DNA of 63,828 bases, the filler included, from Stramenopiles sp. TOSAG23-2 (lineage: Eukaryota), in the NCBI GenBank assembly GCA_900128395.1. It is 13 parts of 13 records of this genome, joined end to end, with 100 filler letters (N's around TTAATTAATTAA, not from the genome) between each part and the next. Parts side by side here need not be neighbours in the genome. Positions count along the whole stretch, not along the records: positions 31,345 to 36,460 come from LT650732.1; positions 36,561 to 41,675 come from LT650733.1; positions 41,776 to 46,871 come from LT650734.1; 10 more parts are not named here. One strand, written 5' to 3'. The notes beneath the pieces were generated by a model. That model did not search any database, was not told where the DNA came from, and worked only from the letters and a program-made list of their open reading frames with translations. The translations under genes were made by a program, and so were the position numbers. Of this stretch, positions 31,893-45,400 are shown piece by piece (the first letter of the stretch is position 1; each line of letters begins with the position of its first letter).

Positions 31893-34800
31893 ATGCAAGA
31901 TAAAGTCCAATTAATTAGTAATAAGAACAATATGAGTCATAATAATAAGAAGGAATATCAACAAACAAATATAAATAAAAATAGGTTGCCACAAACATTT
32001 AAAAGAAATGCACCAGCCATTCACCGTAAAAAAGCGAGTTTTGAACTTGATGGGGCAAGTGTGAATGAATTACGTGCAAAACACCAGCCATTCATCGTAA
32101 AAAAGCCGTAAGTACATATAATAACAAATATAATATAACCAATATACATATATATATATATAACAATATTTTCATTTTCTTTCTAACATCTAAGGAAATA
32201 TTTTTCTTATGAATACGCACAGAGTTTTGAACTTGATGGGGCAAGTGTGAATGAATTACGTGCAAAAATCAAGACAAATATGTCCAACAATCGAACAAAC
32301 AACTCCTTATCAGAAAATGATGGAAAAAACAGTCCAGATAGAAAACGCAGTCCACTTGAAGTGTATGGAAGCAAAAATTCATGGGTACAAGATCCATCTG
32401 CATTAAATGCAACAGAGAATATATTACACCAAGAGGAAGAGAGGAAGCGGTATATATCATATGCTGGTATAGTAGCGAAGGGTGGTGTACATGGTAGATC
32501 GCATAGTGAAACGATTCCTGATAATATCGGTATTCGTGTTGCAAAATTTTACCATGGAAGCATATGGCGTCAATTTTATGTATTTGTTGCAGTTATAAAT
32601 ATGATATTGGCATGTTGGGAACATTCTACTACAATTGCTGGAATGCAAGTGGATAATGTAAATCATGTAACAGGTTTAATACGGAGTTTAGATTTGATTT
32701 GTTTGGCAATTTTTTCGTTTGATATTTTCTTGCTATATTTGTACAAGGGCAAAGCTGAATTTTTGACAATGAACGTAAAAGTTCGAATCGGATTAATAAG
32801 TACCATGGGAATTAATACCATGATATGTCTTATTTGGCCGGATGCGGCACATATATCTAGAATTCTACGACCATTCATCTTAGTTGAAAGGCTACGTAAT
32901 GTTCGAAAAATTTTCTTTGCTATTGTGGAATCAACACCAAAAATTTTTAATGTTTTGTTAATATTGTTTCTTCACATATTGTTTTTTGGTACGATGGGCC
33001 ATTTAATCTTTCGTGGTATTGATGATACCGTATTGAATTCGGATGGGACATGTGTTGGAATTTTTGCGAAAGATATAACCCATGATGTGGATATTCAAAC
33101 TAGTTCAGGTAGTAGTAGTAGTAGTAGTAGCAGCAGCAGCAGCAGTGCTCATTCCACCTCGTTGAATGCTAGTACAAATATTACAAATGTAACAACTACA
33201 GATACGCATGGTATAGATTATCATATCTATTGCTCAACCTATAATGGTGTTTGTACAGATTATTTTAACTCATTAAGTGCATCATTATTACAAATGTTTA
33301 TATTAATAACAACGGCAAATTATCCTGATATTATGATGCCGGTGTACAGATGCAGCAATTATACTGCCATTTTCTTTGCCACATTTTTAATATTAGGATT
33401 ATATATTTTAATGAGTTTGGTATTAGCTGTTATTTATACACACTTTGCTTCACGTAGCAAGGCAAAATATAAAGAATTTTTTACGACACGTAATAATGCA
33501 TTTCGGCTTGCACATGGATTACTATATAGAGCAAGTTTTTTTTCAGGTGGCACGAATGCGGAAAGCCTGTTAGCTAGGCCGTCATCTGCCTCCACTATTA
33601 ATCGTAAAGTTGATAGGAGCGAAGAAAATGTACGGAAAAAAAAGGATCAAAAAATTCAAGCCATTAGTAACAATAACAAAAAAACTGCAAGCAATAATCA
33701 TGATGAACAAGATACTTTAAAAAATATCGATACTACTTTTAGAATAGGTGTAGTCGAGTGGACTGATATGTGCCATTATATCAATCCAAAAATGCCTGTT
33801 GAAATTGCACAGGCTATTTTTTGGAGTTTTGATAAGACAGATACAGGATTAATGTCATTGCGAAAATTTTCAATGGCAATGAGATTTGCTTCATTGCGTG
33901 TTACGATGGTAACAAATTCTACTATAATGCGGAAAGGGAATGACGTTTTACGCATCAAAAAATTGCCCAATGGTGGGAAATTGCCAAAAACATTTACTTC
34001 ATGTAAAATTAAAGTACGTGAATTTATGCGAAAAGTGACTGGATATAAATATTTTGACAGTGTCTTTGATTTGTTAATTATCGCAAATGGTGTCGTTATA
34101 TTGATGATTGCAATGCAAAACGAACTTGAACTTCCAGAAGCTGATGTGAAAACTTTGGATTCAATTTCAGAAGCAATGGCATATATTTTCGCAGTTGAAG
34201 TTGCATCGAAAATAATTGCATTGGGATTCAAAAAATTTTGGCGTGTATCATGGTTCAACCGCATTGATTTTATAACTATGCAATTATCATTAAGCATTAT
34301 CGTGTTTGATACATTTTATCATCTTCTACCACGCAGCAAAACAGCGACTGGAGAAGGATCGCCTAGACAACTAGGTACCGCCGCATTGTTGGCACGTCTG
34401 GTGCGAATTTTCCGTATTATGGATAACAACGCCGCATTTCGTCGACTGACCAATACAATTGTACATGTAATCCCGGCATTATGGCGCTTCTTCGGTATTT
34501 TGTGCGTTGTCGTTTATATGTATGCTATTGTTGGAATGGAAAGTTTTGGTAAGCGGTTGAGCGTAGAGCGATTGAAAGTGTTATACCCGAATGATCCCAG
34601 AAGGGTTGAGTTGTTTAAAAATAGTTCATTTTATCGCTTGAATTATATGGAAAATAACTTTGATGATTTCCCACATGCAATAGTGACATTATTTGAACAA
34701 TTAGTGGTTAATAATTGGCCTATTGTAATGGAAGGTGCAATGGCTGCTACTGGTCCGTGGGCATCTTTATATTTCATTTCATTTTACTTAATAAGTGTGG

Positions 34801-35108
34801 TTTGTATTATGAACGTGTTAGTAGCTTTTTTAATTGATGCATATCAAGCAAAAGAGGTATTGATTGAACAAGATGGAGGAGATGAACGAAAAAATGATGC
34901 TGCCAGATTAGAAGATTCATTTAGAAATATGTCTGAACATAGAATAAAATTACCAGAATGGCATCGAAAAATATTAAATGCAGCAGATAGACATGGTTGT
35001 GACATTTCGTTATGGAAATTGCGGTTGAAAGAAAGTACCGGTGAAATGTATGGTTCACTTTATCGTGATGATGAGGATGATAAAAGTAGTCCAAAGAGGG
35101 AGAGCTGA
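31893..35108 (+). CDS. TPC: Two-pore cation channel (TPC)
   Basis: Two 6-TM repeats; S4 ISRILRPF and LARLVRIFRI; pore filters LITTANYPDIMMP and LVVNNW. The 5' exon from ATG 31893 joins through a duplicated segment and intron at 32011-32267. Confidence 0.93.
32108..32222 (+). other. 115-nt spliceosomal intron present in one copy of the TPC 5' segment and absent from the adjacent copy
   Basis: GTAAGT...TTCTAAC...CACAG, phase 0, between Ala and Ser codons. Confidence 0.88.
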
Positions 35109-35289
35109 AAAAAAATACCGTCTGGATCTGATTTTGAAAACTTTCGCGCCACACTATAAATAAAAATGTGTGTGCGTAGAAATGAAATATTCTAAAATAA
35201 TTAGAGAGAAGAACAAGGAAGAGAGAGAGTGTTACCTTCTTTCAAAAAATACGTGTGTACCAATTTGTGTGTATAAAAAAATCATCTTT

Positions 35290-36301
35290 TTAAACTGCTA
35301 CGCCAAATGCTAATCTCACAGCAATATCTACTCTTTCTTTCACCATTAACATTACTGCTTCACGCAAGACACCATTTAAAATAGTTACTTGCAATCCATT
35401 GTATAACTACGCCAAATGCTAATCTCACAGCAATATCTACTCTTTCTTTCACCATTAACATTACTGCTTCACGCAAGACACCATTTAAAATAGTTACTTG
35501 CAATCCATTGTATAACCCAGGCAAACCTTGCTCTTGATACATTGCTGATAATAATTGATATACAGATGTTGATGTTGTATTCTTATCATTCTTCTGATTT
35601 TTTGAATTTTGCAAAATGGTTTTAGCACGACTAACAGGAAATGTTATAAATGTTGCAATTGCTTTTGAAAATGCACCTAGAAAAAAAGCTTCAAAATATC
35701 CTAATGCATTTCTTCCATTTAATAAAATCATTTTTATTTGATCAAAAACAGTATTGCTGATTGCAGGTGTAGCAGATGTATAAAAATTTGCTTTCCACCC
35801 AAAATAGAATGAATACCATCCATTTTCTTCATAAATATCTTTGACATGTTTAATGATTGTATTATCCTGTGTATCTTTTGATGCGGCTAACACTCTAACT
35901 TGTATTTTTTCTACAGGGCTAATAAATATCGTATTAAAAATACCAGCAAGATATCCACAAGTAATGTTTTGAAGGGTATTTAACTGTTTTATATTTAAAA
36001 AATATTTACACTGATTTGTATTGAAACGGTACCAGAAATAATAAGTAAATCTTGATATAGATAACGCTAATGCTTTTGCTGGGAACAATTTATATATACC
36101 AAGTAACCCTTCATCCATATACATTTTTTGTAAATGTTTAATAATTTGGCCTTGATTCTTATTATTCTCACTGTCATCATTATTATTTACAACTCTTTTT
36201 GCTGCTTGCATCCTAGTTTTTAATACATCTAATGGGAAGATACAAAATGTACCAACCACTTGTCCAATGGCACCACTCAACGCAACAATTAATTCATCCA
36301 T
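35290..36301 (-). CDS. Mitochondrial carrier family (SLC25) protein, most like peroxisomal PMP34/ANT1 carriers
   Basis: Signature motifs PLDVLKTRMQ, PVEKIQVRVL and PVSRAKTILQ. The true end RLAFGVAV* (TAA at 35290) is recovered after removing a 109-bp duplication (35298-35515). Confidence 0.88.
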
Positions 36302-36460
36302 GGTCGTCAGTAGATATATGTATATATATATATAGTATTATCTGATTGAATACCTTTTGTTGTTTGTTTCTTTTTTTTTTTTTTATCATCCATAGGTTAT
36401 ATCATATACATGTACTCTCTATTTTGACGTGATTCTATTTGAAATTTGTTGTTGGGTATA

Positions 36461-36560
36461 NNNNNNNNNNNNNNNNNNNNNNNNNNNNNNNNNNNNNNNN
36501 NNNNTTAATTAATTAANNNNNNNNNNNNNNNNNNNNNNNNNNNNNNNNNNNNNNNNNNNN
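36461..36560. other. Artificial contig linker
   Basis: 44 N + TTAATTAATTAA + 44 N. Confidence 0.99.
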
Positions 36561-37864
36561 TAGTAGTAATATTATTTATAACATGCCATTCACAAAAATC
36601 AAATAACAACAAAGAAATAACATATGGTTTTGCAATTGATAGTAAATCTGGTACAACAATTGGTGTACCAATGGATACATATATAAGCGATCCAGATGGA
36701 GATAAAATGACGTTTCAGTTGGAAAATTGTGTGCCACCACACGATGGAATATTTTCATTAAATAATGAGACTGGGCTAATATCATTATCAAAAGAAGTTC
36801 CAAAAGATACAAAGATTATGAAATATAATTTAACTATTTCCGCTTCAGATGGCAAAGATGGTGGAAAAACAAATGTATCTACTATTATTAGTATTTTTTC
36901 TGGTACATGTGAAACATGTTCAATGATTGTACAAGAAATTCATCGTGCGTTTGATGAACAATTTGATGATGCACGCGGCAATGATTTATCTTTGAAACAT
37001 GTATACCAACATACCAATGTAACTCAAATTATTTACGACATATGCGAGGAAAAAACATCATTATTAAATAGTAAAAAATATTATGATAATTGTAAAAAAA
37101 TTATGAGACATTGGAAATATGTACATGGTACATTTTCCGGTAAAGATTTAAAACCAAATTTTGGTGAAGTTTCGAAAAAGAAAACATATCTACGACAATT
37201 GAATTTATGCAATGCTACTTTTGGACTTTGTAACCATGTCGTAGATTACACTGCACATAAGCATATACGCAAAAGTTCATGTAAAAAATGTTTAGCAGTT
37301 GCACAAGATTTGTTTGATGAAAACAAGCGTTGGCAATATAAAAATTCTGTTGAATTGTCTATCAAAGCTGGCAAAAATCCGTCTGCTATGACATTAAATG
37401 AAATACGTTCGGAATTAAAATCACTGGGCAAGCAATTGAATGGATTAAGACCTGATTTAGTGAAAAGATTAATTGAATCTCGAATTGATAATTTTGATAA
37501 CAATAAGAAAGGGAAAAAGACGAAAGGGAAAAAGAAAAAAACATTAATGGGTCGTGGAAAACTAGCAACCTTGTTGGAAAATTATTGTATTACTATCCCA
37601 ATGCGACATCCACCAACGATGGGATCAATCTTGGATAATAAATGCGATGAGTTGATTGAAGAATATGAAACGGAAATATTAGATTTATTATTGCAACCTA
37701 GTAATAGCAATGATGACGAAAAAACTGCTGGTCGTAAATTTGCTAATATGTTATGCGGTACAGATATATCAGATGATTGTTCCAAAAAGAAATTAAAAAA
37801 TCCAACAAATTGGTGGCGAAGTCCATGGTATTCAAAAGATAATAGTTACTTTGATGAATTGTAA
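36561..37864 (+). CDS. Secretory-pathway protein: cadherin-like domain, two saposin/Canopy-like domains, inserted SAP-like motif, C-terminal FDEL; 5'-partial
   Basis: The frame is open from the contig start (VVILFITCHSQ, signal-like). Motifs: SDPDGDKMTF..FSLNNETGLISL..YNLTISASDG; CETCSMIV..C..C..C..C; CKKCLAVA..CDELIEEYETEI..LC..C; MTLNEIRSELKSLG..GLRPDLVKRL. Confidence 0.75.
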
Positions 37865-38318
37865 AAAAAAGAGAGAGAGAAAGGGAGAGAGAGAGAGAAA
37901 GAAAGAAAGAGGTATTTGGATGATATTGATGTGTGTTACGTGAAATTTTTAAACCATCCGACAAACATAGTATATGCAGTTTTTTTTTTATGTTTTTTGT
38001 TGGAAAGGATCACACAGCAGAATATTCGTCTCTTTGTTTTGTAGAACATGATGTAAAATGAGATAAAAAAGAAAAATACGACGGTTCGTATATATACAGT
38101 AATATAAAATATAAAACGTGTGTGTATGGTGCGCATGTGTGTGTGAGGTGTATTTAAAAACATATTTTATATATTTTTATTTTAAAAATAAAAATAATTT
38201 TATTATAAAAAAATAAAAAAAAAAATAAAAAAAATAAATTTTTATTCAGACTAATGTGCATTTTATAATATGCATACTGAGAGAGAGACAGAGGAAAAAC
38301 AACACTTCTATATGTTAA

Positions 38319-39176
38319 TTATTTTCTTTCACCTTTTGGTGCCAATACTAAACTATTCATTCTTAAATAATCAATTCCAGATCCTAATGTTGTAAAACCT
38401 ACTATCCATATTAACGTATCAATATAAAACAATGGTGGGGTGCCATACCCGGCATTTGTTATAGCAAACGTTAATAATGCAATTTGTCCAACAGTATTCA
38501 TTTTACTCAACATACTTGGTTCTACTTTAATTACACCTTCATGTGTCGTATCAAAAAATTTCACGCCATCTGGTTTTGTTTTGTAACGATACCAAAAACC
38601 ACCAAGAACAAGACCAAAATCTCTAAATAAAATCAACCCAACTAAATATGTTGGTAATAAACCACAATATGCCTCTGTCGCAGCTAATGAAGTTATTAAT
38701 ATTTTATCAGCAACTGGATCAATTAAGGAACCAAAAACTGTTTGTTGATTTAAATGTCTTGCTAAAAATCCATCCAACCAATCGGAAAATCCAGCTATGC
38801 CTAGTCCTATAAATGCATAATTATACTGTCCATTATATATAAAAGCACATAATAATGGTGTACACGAAATTCTAGACAGTGTTAATATATTTGGTATGGT
38901 CCATATTGTTTGTTTAATATTATTATTATTGTCTTTCTTCTTATCGTTTATCGTGTCATTATTATGATCATGACTATATTTCCTTACATGTTGATATCGT
39001 TTATTGATTAGAATATTGTTTCTATAATTAAACCTCGTATGATATGTTATTTTATCTTCTTCGTTTTGTAAGTTGGAGATAAATGTATTTGATGAAATGC
39101 TATTAAATATATTATTATTATTATTGTGAATGTTTCTATTCTCATTACATAAATATGAAATATTAGATGTTATCAT
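38319..39176 (-). CDS. CDP-alcohol phosphatidyltransferase (cardiolipin synthase CRLS1-like)
   Basis: IWTIPNILTLSRI, SDWLDGFLARHLNQQTVFGSLIDPVADK, LILFRDFGL and SKMNTVGQ; preceded in frame by a 41-aa SDR fragment (39177-39299). Confidence 0.9.
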   Translation of the reverse strand: MITSNISYLCNENRNIHNNNNNIFNSISSNTFISNLQNEEDKITYHTRFNYRNNILINKRYQHVRKYSHDHNNDTINDKKKDNNNNIKQTIWTIPNILTLSRISCTPLLCAFIYNGQYNYAFIGLGIAGFSDWLDGFLARHLNQQTVFGSLIDPVADKILITSLAATEAYCGLLPTYLVGLILFRDFGLVLGGFWYRYKTKPDGVKFFDTTHEGVIKVEPSMLSKMNTVGQIALLTFAITNAGYGTPPLFYIDTLIWIVGFTTLGSGIDYLRMNSLVLAPKGERK

Positions 39177-39642
39177 TTTAATTTCTTGTAATTTTCTTTC
39201 ATTTCTACCATTTAATATAATGGATCGTCCATTGGATGCAAATGTTTTTGCAATTGCTTTACCAATATGACCAGTAGCACCAGTTATTAATATCGTCATG
39301 TTTATGAACAGTAAGATCTGTAAGAATTGATGATATAATTAGAATGCGTGTTACATTGGATGCATGCATACAACATTATCTTCTTCTTCTTTTGTATTTG
39401 TTGATTTATAATATTATTTTTTTTGTTTTTTAGAAGAGCAACACACAGTGGTGCAACACAAGTTGCACAAAAGATGATGTATGTGCATGTGTTTTTTGGT
39501 AAAAAAGTTTAAATATAATATTTTATTTAATATTTTACGATATAAATAACAGTATTATATATACTCTTTAAACACTCAATTGGACTCAACAGCAAAATAT
39601 TAACACTCGTACCACCCACACACACATATAACCATTACAAAA

Positions 39643-41104
39643 TTAATCATTCTTCTTCTCCTTCTTTTTATTTCTTCCATTACGAACAAATTCTAATTCC
39701 TCTGTTGTTAACATTTGATGAAATATTTCTGGTATAATTGCACCAAGTAAAATAACAGAAAACCAAGCTAATCTTGGTGTTACTCCTCTATTTTTTTGAT
39801 AACGATATGCAGCTGAATAAATTGGTGTGGCAATCATAACACTTAATCCACGTAAAATCGCAATAGCTGCTGCAAATTCACCTTTACCAAAGCCAGCTTC
39901 CACGGCATGTTCTGTAGCATAACTTCTCATAGCAGCACAATGATTTGCATTGAAACCTGGTAACATTAATAAGAATCCAATCCATACGCTATATGGTATA
40001 TCTTTTCGAGATATAATATAGAAACCTAATACATTTAACCATGTTGTAAAGGTAGTGAAATTACTTCGACCGATTAATTGTTGAACTTTCCCACCGACTA
40101 ACCCGCCTGAAATTGCACATGCCGACCAAAAGCTCATAAAGTAACCTCTTAATGGCAATGAAAAGTTTAAATCATCTTGGACCCACATATCACGGATTGC
40201 AGATGTATGTTTACCCTCCGCAGCATGTGCAAATGGAATAAATAATGATGTTAATGTAAGTGTTTTATTACATGTTAATAATTTAATAAATCGAAATGGA
40301 TTGCAATCAGATAATGTAATAGGCTTTACACGTCTTTTTGCAATTGGATGTGTCTCTTCAATATAATAATAATTATGAATCCAATGCGATAATGCTAACA
40401 AAGCTTGTGCCAAAATGGAATATTTTGCTTGACCAGTCCATTCATATATTTTTGATCCAATAAATTGTCCAGACAAAACACCTATACCAATATAGGCAAA
40501 TAATTTTGAATAAGCAACACCTAATTCTTCTCCTTCGCATATATCGGATAAAGCAGCACCTGTATGCGCCATGCCTGCGCGTGTGTGTGTGTGTATGTGT
40601 ATGTGCATGTGCACGTAAAGCAATTAATGTATAATGCGTTAGATATGGTAAAAATTGTTAAGGAACATGGTAGAATGTAGACGTACCACCATAAATTGCA
40701 GCAAAGGACCAGGCAATCATATTTTTTGTCCATATCACATTAATATCTTTTGGAAAGAAAAAAGCTGCAAACGATGCAAACGTCATTAGGGACGGAGTTA
40801 CAAAGAAAGTCCATTTACGGCCATACTTATCAGTTATAGAACCAGTTGCTTGTGTTAAAAGAAACTCAACAATGCCACCATATGACATGGCAGACGACGA
40901 TAATGCAACTACCCCTGCAGCTAATCCAGTTTTACCATATTTTGCCAACCAATATTCTGAAAACAACCCTGCATTTCCTGTACCAGCTCCAAGTAGAGTT
41001 GCAGCTTGCAATGCCATTTGACGCAATACTGCATCTGTAATTCTTCTTCTTCTTTCCACTTTTTCCATTTCTTTTGTTTTCTTACTATCTATGATTGATG
41101 CCAT
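39643..41104 (-). CDS. Major facilitator superfamily transporter (TetA/HIAT1-like); intron 40575-40686
   Basis: Motif A GSITDKYGRK, plus EETH and NPF. Splicing GTACGT...TCTAAC...CGCAG joins AAIYG|GMAHTGAALSD in frame. Confidence 0.85.
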
Positions 41105-41675
41105 GATAATTTTCAAATCTATCTATATATATCTATCTATTTATCTATATATATATATCTGTATATATTAATGTACTGTCTATTCAATGAGTGTATTATG
41201 TATTTATATATTTCAAGTTAAAAGTTATTTATCACAACAACAAGGACTCAAAAGTTGCAGTTGTTTGTTGTGGTATATATATTTCTCCCCTCTGCTCTCT
41301 GCTGCTGTCTCTATACTCTATAGTACTTAAAAATTTTCCTATTATAATCCGGGACCGGATGCAATGTTTTTAAGTGACAGCGGAACAGCGGAACAGCGGA
41401 ACGTTATAAAATTAGAAAACTCTATAGAACTATACAACTACTATGATACTTACTCTATGCTCATATATATATTATACTCTTATACTACATATATATCTAT
41501 AGCGATATATATACATAAAATATAGATAGAAGATAGACATATTTCATATCTATATATCTTTTTCATATATATAATAACATTATCAAAAAAGATATATACA
41601 AATTAAACAATTTTAGTTTTATCCACTTGTTTTTTCTGGTTGTTACAATCATACATACATACATCTATATATATT

Positions 41676-41775
41676 NNNNNNNNNNNNNNNNNNNNNNNNN
41701 NNNNNNNNNNNNNNNNNNNTTAATTAATTAANNNNNNNNNNNNNNNNNNNNNNNNNNNNNNNNNNNNNNNNNNNN
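41676..41775. other. Artificial contig linker
   Basis: 44 N + TTAATTAATTAA + 44 N. Confidence 0.99.
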
Positions 41776-42407
41776 ACAATGACAATGAAGATATACAAAA
41801 GTTTAAAGTAAAGTTTGGAAAAGAAACATTATTATTGAATTTATATAAAAATGAAAAGTGTGGTAATAATAACAACAGAAAACGTGGTGGTGGTGGTAAT
41901 AGTAGAAGTAGAAGACGTCGTTAGTAAGGGGGGGGGCAAGAGCAAGAGAGGAGAAAGAGCTAATAAATAGAAGTGCCGGAGATGAGAATAAAATCACGTG
42001 TTTATTAGCACATTATCTTTTTGTAAAAAAAATATCCATTTTGTTTAAAAGTTCTTACCTGGTACTGTAATTAGTAGGATTTATATTCCTATATAGCTCT
42101 TTAATAATAGAAGAATAGCAGCAACCACCATCCACAGCATACCTGGCCAGCTGGCGATAGACACACGCAACGCAACAACACAACAACAACAACAACTTAA
42201 ACTTTTTTTCCCCAGAAAAAAAAACAATAACAATTATTACAATATAAATATATTATTATTATAAATTTAATGAATTGATGAAGACATAGCCTTATATACA
42301 CAGTTCATACGATTATTTATGATCAAATTAAAAAAGTAATTCATTGATCAGCAAAGGCATTATCATCATTGAATATATTTATACATACATTTGTTTCCAA
42401 AAAAAGT

Positions 42408-45400
42408 ATGGAAGAATTGTTAAAGAATAATTCACAATATAAAGGGAAACAAAAAAAAAGATTAATTGATTATTTTTCAGTATTTGAACGTGATATTGAA
42501 GGTAAAGTCACTTGTGTATCATTTCCATCCAAGACAAATGATCCAAACCATAGTGAATTTCCTGGTGCTCATGTTGTAGGTATGTTTTGCTTTCCATTAA
42601 TTAGACAATGCCAAACAAAAGAACTCAATTCATTTGTCTTGACATCGACTGACTATTCTCATACTTATGGGGCAGTATTAAGATTTCCAATCAATAGTAC
42701 TAATATTCCAGATAATAATAATACCACTACTGAAGATAATAATAATAATGATAATAATAATAATAACGGCGAACAAGCTCTTTGTATATTATCACATTAT
42801 CCATTTTTTAAATTGTTTGAAGGAATTTTGAAAACAATGTATGAGATATTTTTAAATCGTACAAATAATGATAACATGAAAAATATACCACCATTAGAAC
42901 GATATTTAACGTATTTAATTTATGAAATCCCTGTACCATCCCGTGGCGAGCAATTAATATTAACTTTGTCACCTACAATACCATCATTATATCAAACTCG
43001 TTTTCCAGTAAAAAATATACCAGAGGTTGATTATGGCTCATTTCAAATACTATTTCAATATTTAAGTGTAGAAAATGTAGTACATATTATAGAAGCAATA
43101 CTAATGGAGCAACGCATTGTATTGATGTCTGAAAATATAAGAATATTAGCACCAATTGGTGAAGCATTGTTGGCTTTGATTTTTCCATTACAATGGCAAT
43201 TAATTTATATACCAATGCTACCAAGCTATATGACATTAAGTCTCAAAAGCCCTGTAAATTATATTGTTGGGGTTCATACTAGTAGTGTTGTTGATAGCGA
43301 GGAAGATTTAGAATTGCCAGCAGCTGTTGTAGTACATTTAGATCAAGATAAAGTTATCAATCCATTGATTTGTGAAGTGATGATTACCTCGGATGAAAGT
43401 GTTGATGATATACCTAAATTTCCAGTAAAATTAAGAGAAACATTAATCAAAAATTTAAATCAAGTTGTACCAGAAGATATAATGAATAAAGATATTGATG
43501 ACGTGAATAATAATAATATGGATGAAATGTTGAAGGCAATACAATGGAGTAGTAGAGTACAAGCAGCTTTTTTAAGTGTCTTTTTAAAATTGTTGTCATC
43601 ATATACACGATATAACAAAAAGATTTCATCGCCATCGTCGAAAGATAACGGGGGTCATAACACTGGTACATTTGGTGGTAACAATGTAACATTTGATTCA
43701 AATGGATTCTTGCGATCGCGAATGTACCTTTGGCGTCAATTTTTATCAGCAATGATTCAAACACAAGCATTTCAAGAATTTTTACAAGCTGCTTCACGCG
43801 GAGATCCACAGATTAACGAATTTGATAGATACCTCGTTTTAAGTAAAGCAAATATTCACCAAGGCAAATCGAGTAATGATATTAATAAAATGCTTTTCGT
43901 TCCTATTGTCGATGGTACGAAAAATGTAATGTTAAAATGTACAACAATTGATGAAACTCCTGTAATTGGTGCGGATATGAGAGGTAAATTTCTATCTCGT
44001 AGAAAGGATATCGTAGAAAAAGGTAGATTTCCAAATCCAGATGATTCTATGGCGTTTTCACCACGTACTGATTTCCAAGTCATCAGGTCACTAGAAGGTA
44101 AAGAAATTGATCATTTTAGAGATGCAAATAATAATGTCATTGATGAATCACCTATGGTACAAATCAATACATCAACACATAAACGTGGTAGACACACACG
44201 TGAAGTCTCGCGGTTAATTGTGCAAAAATCATTAATGCGTGTCGAAAGTATCGATTCCATCAATAGTGGTAGCAGAGGAGGGAGTTTTAGCAGCAACAAT
44301 GATCATACATTAATTTTGTCTCCAAGTACATATACAAAAGGCAGTACGGATGGAATGGACGATGATGGATTTTTTGCAAACCTAGCTACGATCAGTGGGA
44401 ACAATATTAACAATGGATTGAAGGTAAATATATCAACTTCATCAGGAGGTAGTAATGACAATAAGGCTATTACGAAGAAAGAAAAAACGAAACAACAAAA
44501 ATTATTGAATGAAACATTATCCCAACCTAGACATAGACGATTAGCCACTACACCGTCACAGTTTACTCCAGGTGTATTTAATCGTGCTAGCAATAAAAGA
44601 AATAATGGTTCACCATCACCATCACTCGCATCTTCGCAAGTGTTTAAACCGTCGCCATTACGACGAACGGCATCATCACAGATGATCTCGGCAAAAAATA
44701 CACCATCCAAATCTATTACACCAGATCAATTGTTATATGGTAAAAACAGTGGGATGAAAGGTATTGTTGGCAGTAGTTCTAAAGGTGCTAGCGATAAAAG
44801 TAATAACTCATTATTGTCACATTTTGATGCTGTGAGAAAAGCTCTTGCGAAGAGCAGGACAAGGGCAGAACGGGCAGAGGCTACGGCTGAATTATCTACA
44901 ATGAAGCTAAAGGAAGTTCATTCAAAAATGGTTGAATTACAACGTTTAGTATTGAACCAAAGAAATAATAATAGAAATAATAATAGAAAGCGTGATACAG
45001 ATGGTGATGATGGCAATACACTAAGTGGAAATGAACATTGGAAATTAAAAGCTGCATTAAATAAAATTGAAAAACTTGAAAATAAAATTAGTTCACAAGA
45101 GCATAAAATTTCACTTCTCCAAAGTGAATTAAGACAAAATTCAGAGTTTCAAAGCCATTTAATTGATAAAATAGAAAGTAAAACTGGTAGTAGTAATCGT
45201 GCGCATCGACACAATTCCATTAGTAGAAACAGTTCGGTTGCATCATCGTCATCGACTTCAAAAAGCACCCTCAATTCGCCGGTTAATAAAATGGAAAATA
45301 GACAAAAAATGAAAATAGCATCGATGCAATTTAAACAGAAAAGTTCGAAAAATTTACTCTATGGATTAAAATCAAGATATAATAATGACATGTCCAAGTC

